From positions 21,122-85,121 of the forward strand of contig DCGT01000022.1 in the NCBI GenBank assembly GCA_002315315.1: DNA of 64,000 nucleotides. Direction: 5' to 3'. Each line of letters starts with the position of its first letter. Position 1 is the stretch's first letter. Of this stretch, positions 1-7,449 are shown piece after piece. The position numbers and the translations under genes are program-made. The DNA is from Faecalibacterium sp. UBA1771 (GTDB lineage: Bacteria; Bacillota; Clostridia; Oscillospirales; Ruminococcaceae). The notes under the pieces were generated by a model, which did not search any database, was not told where the DNA came from, and saw only the letters and a list, made by a program, of their open reading frames with translations.

Positions 1-720
1 ACTGCTGTTGCGTATAACGGCACCGAATGAATTTTCAATAGAGTTCTTGCGGCGATAGTTGGAGAAAAATCTGAATTCTATCGGGTCAATTTCGAGTACC
101 GCACCGTAATATCCCCTGCCGTATACAATGAAACCGTCTTTTATATCGGTAAAACCGATAATATCGTCCATACTGCTGCTCTTGCGCGAGCCCTCTATAG
201 CAAGCTTTCTCCTACGCTTGAGCTCGGCGTTGCGATGAGCCTGATCCTTCAGAATTTCCCTTTTCTGCTCCTCGGTAATATCATCGCTATTCAGCAGCTT
301 TTCATCGTTTTTGTCTTCTTTTTCAATTAGCTTTTTAAGCTTCTTGTAATCTTTTTTTGCTTTTTTTTGTTTTACATGGTCGGCTTCTCCGAAAAGCTGT
401 TCGATAGCCACTGCATCATATCCGCGTGATTTAATTGCGCGCAGAGTTTTATCGTCGACATCTCTGATAAAATGACGACGATAAGACAGATGAAGAATGA
501 TGTGAATGACATCCATATAAATCGGTTCATCATCAACTCTTGCAAGCAAAGTCAACGTAACTATGATATCAAGCGCCAAAACAACATATTTGGCGGGCAA
601 TGTCGACATAACTATAAGCGCAGCAAGACCTATACCGATAGTTCCTATAATCATATCGGCAAAAGTGATACCACGGAAAAGCTCTATTCCGACCTTTGTT
701 TTCCCGGGAATAATACGCAC
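1..720 (-). CDS. T4SS ATPase, 5' part only: PrgI/VirB3-like membrane module fused to a VirB4-like ATPase (gene runs off the window start)
   Basis: Absent from the ORF track because there is no stop in the window. The reverse frame is open from GTG at 720 (AGGAGG about 10 nt upstream) to nt 1, which is 240 codons. It encodes two TM helices (ITFADMIIGTIGIGLAALIV, VVLALDIIVTLTLLARV) with PrgI/VirB3 topology, then a ~70-aa Lys/Glu-rich linker. It ends with DDIIGFTDIKDGFIVYGRGYYGAVLEIDPIEFRFFS, which resembles the N-terminal entry segment of Firmicutes VirB4/TraE-type ATPases. The Walker motifs would lie outside the window. Confidence 0.65.
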   Translation of the reverse strand, partial: MRIIPGKTKVGIELFRGITFADMIIGTIGIGLAALIVMSTLPAKYVVLALDIIVTLTLLARVDDEPIYMDVIHIILHLSYRRHFIRDVDDKTLRAIKSRGYDAVAIEQLFGEADHVKQKKAKKDYKKLKKLIEKEDKNDEKLLNSDDITEEQKREILKDQAHRNAELKRRRKLAIEGSRKSSSMDDIIGFTDIKDGFIVYGRGYYGAVLEIDPIEFRFFSNYRRKNSIENSFGAVIRNSS

Positions 721-821
721 GCCGATTGTTCCTCCTATAAACAGATATGGGTTATTCCCCGCCGTTTTTCAGGCAGGGAATAACTTTGTTAATTTAAGCG
801 AATGTATGATGAGTCAGCCTA

Positions 822-2609
822 TTATTCATCATTATTGTCATTATCTCCGTTGTTAGCATTTTCCGGCAATTCGGCGTCCTGTTCGCCGGTGTCCTCACCG
901 TCACCATCTCCGCCTTCTCCTTCGCTGCCTCCGCCTCCACCTTGGTTCATAACACCTTGAACATCACCGACAACACCCATAGCCTGGCCGCCGAGCCAAG
1001 AAGCAGCACCGAGAATCTTGTCCTTGACGCCGCTGACGAGCTCTCCTGCCTCGCTCTCGAGGTCGCCGGAATGGATAGCTTCCATACCCGCGTTGTCGGC
1101 AAGAATACCAGTAACCATATTGTTTGCCTTCTGTACCACAAACGCGGTAGCGAGAATGAATATGACCTGTGCATACATATTCAGCTTAGACGAGCTGAAG
1201 AAGGTTACGTTGCTGTTGACCACTATCGGAACTATGATAGTGAACAATCTCATTGCAAGCACGGTACCGAACAAAGAGAAGGTCTGTATCAGGAAAGCTG
1301 TCGTCCACTGTTTGGTTTTGCCTCCGTCATCGAGCGGTGTAACCGCGAGGAACGGCGGTGCAATCAGATAGAGGAACGTCATATTAAACACACGCGCTGC
1401 GGCATTGAAGCACATACCCATATAGTGCTTAATGAACAAGAACAGTACATATATGCAGAGAAGGTGCTTGTACTTGAATATGAAGTAGTTAAAGTCCTTA
1501 TCAAACACTGCGTGAGTATAGATATCCTTCCAGCCATAGTAATAAGCCTGACGCAGACTGTCGGTAAAGCCCATATTCTGATTATATCTGCCCTTATAGG
1601 CGGCGCCCATTGTACCGAGCAGCATACAAATCCTGTCTACCGGAGCCATTGCAACCGAGTCATCCGCAACAAGGGTTATGGTGTAATGATCGAGAGGCTG
1701 CAGATTCTGGTCTGTCTTGATTACTTCCATCGCGTAGGATATCGAATCGGCAATAGTCTCGTTATTCGCGTCGAGATAAACATCGGTCGTGGTATCGGCG
1801 GCGGCAATATCGTAGAGAATCGACTGCCACGTATCCTCGCCCGACAGCTTAGTCACCTGCTCTCCCGATTTCGGGTCTGTTGTCGTATATTCAAGCCTAT
1901 AGGGGTAATCGAACTTTCCCCCCTCCTCGAGATACAGCAAATCCTTTCGTATCGCGTTAAAACACGAATTTAAGTTGAATCTGCTGTTATACGATTTATT
2001 TAACCCGTAGTTTGCGATGGTGTTAATACATCGCGCCATCGCCGCGTAATCCTCTTCCGAATACTTTATCGTATATACCGCGTCGGCATTACCGGCGTTA
2101 TCAAATACATATACAAACTGGTTAAGAAGAGTCTGTGAAGCCGTTAACGCTACATTCACGATAAGATTTAGCGACAGGATGAGGATAATTCCCTTTAGCG
2201 TACCGCCTATGATGTTGCCCATCGTGGTTTTCATCTTTTCCTCATGGTCAAACATCTTTTTCATAATCGCGAAGATTGCGAAGCCAAAACACATAACACA
2301 GCCGATAAGCGCCATGCCCCAATAAATCTTATTGATTGTGGAGTTGCCGAAAACAATTTCCAAAAGGGTAGTTTCCTTTGCGCCCTCCAAACCGCCGCTT
2401 ACGATTTTCATACCGCCGGTTGCAGCGTCATAAACATACTTTTTTGCCGTTTTGCTGAACATTACCGGCTTTACTCCGGCAAATATTTCAAAAGTCTTTT
2501 CCAGAAATTGAAGTAATTCGCCCAGCCTTTGCTCAATACCGTATAGAATGTCGGAAATCGAAGCGATAAATGCGGCAATAATTATTCCTTTAATCGCAAG
2601 TGTAATCAC
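822..2609 (-). CDS. VirB6-like polytopic membrane protein of the T4SS operon (595 aa)
   Basis: Track ORF with a GTG start preceded by GAGAGGGGG. Several hydrophobic helices (IYWGMALIGCVMCFGFAIFAI, GIILILSLNLIVNVALTA, LLCIYVLFLFIKHY, FLYLIAPPFLAV, FSLFGTVLAMRLFTIIVPIV, VIFILATAFVV) flank a ~200-aa soluble loop. The tail is Gly/Asp/Glu/Asn-rich. The call rests on topology and on its position directly upstream of virB3-virB4, not on a recognised motif. Confidence 0.5.
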   Translation of the reverse strand: MITLAIKGIIIAAFIASISDILYGIEQRLGELLQFLEKTFEIFAGVKPVMFSKTAKKYVYDAATGGMKIVSGGLEGAKETTLLEIVFGNSTINKIYWGMALIGCVMCFGFAIFAIMKKMFDHEEKMKTTMGNIIGGTLKGIILILSLNLIVNVALTASQTLLNQFVYVFDNAGNADAVYTIKYSEEDYAAMARCINTIANYGLNKSYNSRFNLNSCFNAIRKDLLYLEEGGKFDYPYRLEYTTTDPKSGEQVTKLSGEDTWQSILYDIAAADTTTDVYLDANNETIADSISYAMEVIKTDQNLQPLDHYTITLVADDSVAMAPVDRICMLLGTMGAAYKGRYNQNMGFTDSLRQAYYYGWKDIYTHAVFDKDFNYFIFKYKHLLCIYVLFLFIKHYMGMCFNAAARVFNMTFLYLIAPPFLAVTPLDDGGKTKQWTTAFLIQTFSLFGTVLAMRLFTIIVPIVVNSNVTFFSSSKLNMYAQVIFILATAFVVQKANNMVTGILADNAGMEAIHSGDLESEAGELVSGVKDKILGAASWLGGQAMGVVGDVQGVMNQGGGGGSEGEGGDGDGEDTGEQDAELPENANNGDNDNNDE

Positions 2610-2628
2610 TTAATTGTTTCCCCCTCTC

Positions 2629-3573
2629 TCAGTTTGATCTGAATTTTTTGCGTTTGAATATCGAATAGAAAAGAATTATCGCAAATATTGCCGTAACAGC
2701 CAAAATGAGAATCCATGTAATATTGCTCAGGTACTGCCTTATTGTAAAATCGTAATTCGTGTAGTTGCCCGCTCTGTCGGTTACTTTGAGCTTGTAATGA
2801 CCCGCCCTTGCGAGCACATCGCTGTAGACGGATTCGTAACCGTCTATCGTCATATAAACTTCCTCACCCTCGCCCAAACCGGTTACCGTTACCGGACCCT
2901 GCGCGTATCGGTTGTTGATAAGTCCCTCAAACTCGAGTGCGGGAGCGGTACGGTCGCTGTAAAAGTTAATGCTGAAGCTCTGACCCGTACTCGGACATGA
3001 ATAAACTATGTTGTATCTGCCGTCCTCCGTAATATAGACTCCCGACGATGTGTAATCAATATAGCTTCCGTCTAACGTTGCATAGGTTATTTCAAAATCA
3101 TCGGGAGGCACAAAGCTCGAGAACAGCGAGGTGTAATCATCGAGAATTCGAAAGGTAAAGAAAGGTGAATTGACATCACTGCCGTCGTCTACCATCAGTG
3201 TATATCCGCCCGGCTCGGTAATACAGCTGAAATCAGGCTCCTCAACCAGTTCACCGTCGCAGTAGAGCTGAGGCATAACCTCATTGGGTACATCAAGTAT
3301 CACCGTCTGCTGCACCGTTGCGCCGTCCGGCACCGTCGAGTAGACGTAAGAGCCGAGCTTATTGTTCACCTTGTAGCGGTACAAGCCTGTATCATGGTCG
3401 TATGTAGTGTCACCGGAGAGCGCGTAGACTCCCTCGGTAACACCTCCGATTTCCTCGCCGGTAAAGTTGTCGATTCTCACACCCTCTATGAGTGCGAATG
3501 ACTGAACCGACAGCGACATAAGCAGCACCGTGGCAGATGCGGCAGATATTATTTTTCTCAATGTGTTAGTCAT
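2629..3573 (-). CDS. Exported, C-terminally membrane-anchored surface protein with three small Ig-like modules (314 aa), function unknown
   Basis: Signal peptide (AASATVLLMSLSVQSFA). Three loosely repeated modules share a G-x-Y-x-hydrophobic...F-x-F/I strand pattern (GGYTLMVDD..FTFRI; DGRYNIVYS..FSINF; AGHYKLKVTDRAGNYTNYDFTI). A single C-terminal TM helix (ITWILILAVTAIFAIILFYSIF) is followed by a KRKKFRSN tail. No LPXTG. Confidence 0.6.
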   Translation of the reverse strand: MTNTLRKIISAASATVLLMSLSVQSFALIEGVRIDNFTGEEIGGVTEGVYALSGDTTYDHDTGLYRYKVNNKLGSYVYSTVPDGATVQQTVILDVPNEVMPQLYCDGELVEEPDFSCITEPGGYTLMVDDGSDVNSPFFTFRILDDYTSLFSSFVPPDDFEITYATLDGSYIDYTSSGVYITEDGRYNIVYSCPSTGQSFSINFYSDRTAPALEFEGLINNRYAQGPVTVTGLGEGEEVYMTIDGYESVYSDVLARAGHYKLKVTDRAGNYTNYDFTIRQYLSNITWILILAVTAIFAIILFYSIFKRKKFRSN

Positions 3574-3594
3574 ACTGTCCGTCCGTTTCGGTTA

Positions 3595-6021
3595 TCAGCA
3601 TCCGTCGTCGGACTTCGGCTTCGGGTCGTTATACTGAACAACTGTTCGATAGGTATTTTTCCATGTGTTATAATCCATCGTATTCAGCTTACCCGCGGCA
3701 TTTGCGTCCTGCGCAGTCTGGTATCCTATTAATACATAAGGGTTGTTACTGAATATGTCGAAACCTCTTACGGTATTGTTGTAATAGTTCTCGTCAAGCG
3801 TTTGATCGAAATCCTTGAAGGTCTTGCTGTCCATAATATTCTTTGTGACATAGTTATACGAGTCAGAGGTACCGTCGTTATACAGTGCAAGGTCGGAGTA
3901 AAACAGCGGGCGGTTGTTGCCGAGGAACATACTCTGAAGTGTCACCGAATCCTCTTTGTATTGGTCAAATACCATACCGCTGAAATTATAGTACATTCCG
4001 TTATTTCTGAATATAGAACCCACCAATACCGGCAATAAATAGCACGTATAGAAATCAGTTGGCGAAGCGGCTACCGGATAATCTGTACTATTATATATAT
4101 AGTTACCGTTATAGCAGATCATACCGTTGTCTACAATTGCCTTGCGCTCTTTTGCCGAGGGCAGCCCGCGCACAAATTTATATGCGGTAGTGATTGTATT
4201 GGCTGCATTCCTCAATCCTCCTCCGGTCATTACAACACCCGAGGAGCAGTTGTCAAAAATCGAGAGATACATATAGAAACCGTGATGGCATATAAATATT
4301 CCGTTGTTCTGAATATTTGTACCATACGTGAAGCATACGTTGTCGGAACGCTGATTCCTGCGGGTGTAAAATGTACCGTTTTTAGCAATAATAAGGCTTG
4401 CACCGGAGAAATAATAATTTCCGTAGCCGGAATCCTTCCTTCCGCCTAAATCAGCGTCGCATACAATTCCGCCATCCTCTATTATCAGCGTTCCGTAGCA
4501 AGTGAGATTCCCGGCAACCGCGATTTTTCCCTTGACGCGTACGGTACCGCCCTGATCTATAAGCAGAGTTTGACCATTGCTGATATTAAGAGTTTCACCC
4601 TGTACAACAAGTGTGCTGCCGTCTCCGACATATATAATGGAAGACTCTGTTTTCTCAAAGCCAATCATATAATACAAACCGACATTTAGCTTTAATCTTG
4701 TTTCATTCAATCTCGAGAACAGTACATGGGAGCTGTTTACAAGTCCGGACCAACCCTCTTCGGCAGAACCAATCCATGCAATAGCTCCGGCGCCATCAAT
4801 ATACGTACCGACTTTGCAGGTGGTCGGTGCGGTTTTTATTTTTGCAATACAGGCGTCGGCATACGCGGTTATCGAGCTGTCGATATTTTCTTTGTTCGCT
4901 TGATACCACTTCATAATCTGAGTATTGTTAAAGGTATTCTCGTTGTAGTCATAAACCGTATCGTTGGAAAAATAGTATAAATAATTGCTGTCTGCTGCCA
5001 GTGACCATTTGATGTTGCTGTTATCACTTACGGGGACCTCAAAGCACTCATCATTTGTTTCTACACCGTGCCATTTCGTTACGGTTACCGACTTGTCGCC
5101 GACCTTCCACTGACCGGTATAGTTTCCGACGGAATCCGTGTCCTCGGTGGGCCAGGCGTAGCGCTTCTGAAACATCTCAGGGTATTTCTTGTATTCGCTT
5201 GCGGTTACAAAGACCTGATTGTCGTATTCTGCACCGTTACCTACAATGTAATTTATATTGCACATAAGATGAAGCTGACCGTCATTGCCTCTGAATGCCA
5301 CATAGTAGAGCGGATTTTTACTGCTGTCAACACCGGCATATTTTAAGAAGATACAGTCTATGTTATCGTTTGTATAACCAGTCCCACCAAAGGCAAATAA
5401 ACTTGTAGGGGCACCTTCATAAAATGTTCCGGTATATGCTCTGGTTAATGTCGTTAAGACCTGTGGCTTGACATAATCCGAACCGAGAATCCCCGAGAGA
5501 TTTTTATTCCCGTCGTGGTCTATCATGGCATTCTTAAGCAGATAGTGCGGGTGAGCAAAACACTGCAGATATTCTGAATAACCGTTATCACTCACCTTGC
5601 CGCCTACTATACAAGCAAATCCATCTACATCCAAAATTGTGCTTGTTGCACCGGTTTGAAGATGCTCGGTATCATTAGGCATACAGTTACTCATATTACT
5701 ACCACTTGTCAAAATCAACCTAACCCAGCCCGTGTCGGTGTCATATCTCAAATCCGATGTTACTTTGTCGCAATCATCAAAAACATTGTAGGTTGCGGAG
5801 CCGATTCTGTTAAGCCGATCAGAGCCTGTTCTGTCGGTCCATTTAATTCTTTTATTACTGAGAGTATTCCCCTCTATCAAGTCGGTTTGAACCGTAGACA
5901 CCGCAGCGGAAACCTCTGCCACAGGAGCTATGGCAAGGATTGAAAATATAGACGCAATCGACAATGTGACGCCGATTATGCGCCGAATATGTATTTTGAA
6001 TTTGCGGAATATTTTTTTCAT
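3595..6021 (-). CDS. Secreted 808-aa Cys/Asn/Tyr-rich protein with a beta-solenoid-like central segment, function unknown
   Basis: The track ORF begins at TTG 6024. The ATG at 6021 has AAAGGAG 7 nt upstream. N-terminal signal/anchor (IIGVTLSIASIFSILAIAPVAEVSA). The segment IIYVGDGSTLVVQGETLNISNGQTLLIDQGGTVRVKGKIAVAGNLTCYGTLIIEDGGIV shows the short Gly/Asn strand periodicity of a beta-helix. There are 17 Cys and the protein ends in ...KSDDGC. No family recognised. Confidence 0.6.
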   Translation of the reverse strand: MKKIFRKFKIHIRRIIGVTLSIASIFSILAIAPVAEVSAAVSTVQTDLIEGNTLSNKRIKWTDRTGSDRLNRIGSATYNVFDDCDKVTSDLRYDTDTGWVRLILTSGSNMSNCMPNDTEHLQTGATSTILDVDGFACIVGGKVSDNGYSEYLQCFAHPHYLLKNAMIDHDGNKNLSGILGSDYVKPQVLTTLTRAYTGTFYEGAPTSLFAFGGTGYTNDNIDCIFLKYAGVDSSKNPLYYVAFRGNDGQLHLMCNINYIVGNGAEYDNQVFVTASEYKKYPEMFQKRYAWPTEDTDSVGNYTGQWKVGDKSVTVTKWHGVETNDECFEVPVSDNSNIKWSLAADSNYLYYFSNDTVYDYNENTFNNTQIMKWYQANKENIDSSITAYADACIAKIKTAPTTCKVGTYIDGAGAIAWIGSAEEGWSGLVNSSHVLFSRLNETRLKLNVGLYYMIGFEKTESSIIYVGDGSTLVVQGETLNISNGQTLLIDQGGTVRVKGKIAVAGNLTCYGTLIIEDGGIVCDADLGGRKDSGYGNYYFSGASLIIAKNGTFYTRRNQRSDNVCFTYGTNIQNNGIFICHHGFYMYLSIFDNCSSGVVMTGGGLRNAANTITTAYKFVRGLPSAKERKAIVDNGMICYNGNYIYNSTDYPVAASPTDFYTCYLLPVLVGSIFRNNGMYYNFSGMVFDQYKEDSVTLQSMFLGNNRPLFYSDLALYNDGTSDSYNYVTKNIMDSKTFKDFDQTLDENYYNNTVRGFDIFSNNPYVLIGYQTAQDANAAGKLNTMDYNTWKNTYRTVVQYNDPKPKSDDGC

Positions 6022-6204
6022 CAAAAAACTCCTTTGCTCTTTGGATTTTTTTCAAATCCGCTCAACCCCCGCGGCTGAAACGGCTTTCAGACTTCTCCGC
6101 TGATATTCTTCTTATGGTCTTATTATATATTATTACAAATCATAAGATGTGAAGAAACTGTTACGGAGCAGTAAAATATCTATTACAAAAAGGTTGTAGG
6201 AGAA

Positions 6205-7347
6205 TTATTCGCCGCTGTCCTGCGACTCATCCGCGTGTTCTTCTCCACCGCTAATGGGGACCGGCACCGGCTCGACATAATCGGGTGAATAGACTATGCG
6301 GTAAACTCCTTCCTCCTCATCGTAAACAATTTCATTTCCGGCATATACGGGGACATCGCCTTTGTATTTGCCGACTGTGCAGGATTTGACCGTGACAACA
6401 CCGTCGCTGTCTCTGTAAACCGAGAAGCGATAGGTCAAATTCGCCTTGTAGCTCGAAACGGTTAAAACGCCACTCTGCGTAGTATGGTACTCCTCTACTA
6501 ATGCGTCACGTTCGTCGAGCTGTTCCTCTGCTGCTGTTTCTTCTTCGGATTCCTCGCCCTCCGTCTCGGACTGCTCCGAATCCTCCGTTTCCCATTCCGA
6601 GGGGTCATAAAGTGTGGGGACGTCTTGAAGAACAGCCTCTCGCTGCTTCGCAGTTTCAGCCAGATATTCCTCATCACTCCATACATCGAGCACTGCTTCG
6701 ATATCGTCAGAGTACAATGCATCTATCTTTGATTGAACGTCCTCGGCAAAAACCGTAAACACGCCTGTTTCGTCACTATATTCAATTCCCGATGTCAGGA
6801 ATATATTATTGTCGCACTCGACAACCCAGTCGTTTGCGGTACCCTCGTTTGTTACATAAATCAGAACATCCCTACCGCTGCTAATCCAGCTGATAGGATA
6901 ATCTGTATCCCTGCCCAAAGTATTATATTCATCTCCGGTTTTACCGGTAAATGATTTGAACAGTAAATTTGCAAGTCTGTCGACTTCAAAATCACACAAA
7001 ATGGTATATTCCGTATGATTTACGCCCTTTTCGCTCACCAGAGCAAAGCTGACGGTATCTTCTCCGTTCATTTCCGCTGTGATTTTAAAGCTCGGTTTAC
7101 AGTCTTTATCAATGACAGGACCCTCTATAGCGCATATTCCGCTGCGCGAGGAAGCCTGCCAGCTGTAACCGTCCGGTATATCGTCTGTCAAAGTAATCAG
7201 ATAGCTACCGTTGTGTTTGTATTTCCATTCTATCGGATAGGTCAGCATCTGCGAAGTACCGGTGGTATTCGACTTGTCGCAGCCTGTCAAAACCGTCATG
7301 GAAAAAATAAGTATAAAAATTGTAATTATGCCGAAAAACCTTTTCAT
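6205..7347 (-). CDS. Lipoprotein of the T4SS operon (380 aa), function unknown
   Basis: GGAGG RBS and a lipobox LTG/C (FSMTVLTGCDKS). Two related modules (YPIEWKY...DGYSWQASS; YPISWIS...NDWVVECD) are followed by a polyacidic linker (EWETEDSEQSETEGEESEEETAAEEQLDERD) and a C-terminal beta-rich module. Confidence 0.65.
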   Translation of the reverse strand: MKRFFGIITIFILIFSMTVLTGCDKSNTTGTSQMLTYPIEWKYKHNGSYLITLTDDIPDGYSWQASSRSGICAIEGPVIDKDCKPSFKITAEMNGEDTVSFALVSEKGVNHTEYTILCDFEVDRLANLLFKSFTGKTGDEYNTLGRDTDYPISWISSGRDVLIYVTNEGTANDWVVECDNNIFLTSGIEYSDETGVFTVFAEDVQSKIDALYSDDIEAVLDVWSDEEYLAETAKQREAVLQDVPTLYDPSEWETEDSEQSETEGEESEEETAAEEQLDERDALVEEYHTTQSGVLTVSSYKANLTYRFSVYRDSDGVVTVKSCTVGKYKGDVPVYAGNEIVYDEEEGVYRIVYSPDYVEPVPVPISGGEEHADESQDSGE

Positions 7348-7408
7348 TATTCCTCCGGCTGACTACCGATATTTACCGGATAGCAAACTTTGTAATACTT
7401 GTGTTTAT

Positions 7409-7440
7409 TCCCGACCGGCTCTTAACCGAGCCGGTCGGGA
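7409..7440 (-). promoter_or_regulatory. Intra-operon 13-bp stem-loop between the giant gene and the lipoprotein gene
   Basis: tcccgaccggctc-ttaacc-gagccggtcggga is a perfect 13-bp stem lying 10 nt after the giant ORF stop. There is no clear U-tract on the transcribed (minus) strand. Confidence 0.45.
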
Positions 7441-7449
7441 TAATTTGAT

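Noticed and set aside
942-1973. 343-aa plus-strand ORF (and 1018..1371) inside the VirB6-like gene
   Set aside because: It is antisense to a much longer, better-supported ORF. It has no RBS and an Arg/His/Cys-rich composition typical of a shadow frame.
6900-7200. The DGYSW motif in the lipoprotein, reminiscent of the NPTTGY-W loop of chagasin/I42 peptidase inhibitors
   Set aside because: It is only a five-residue resemblance, and the flanking sequence does not obviously fit. That is too weak to call without a profile search.
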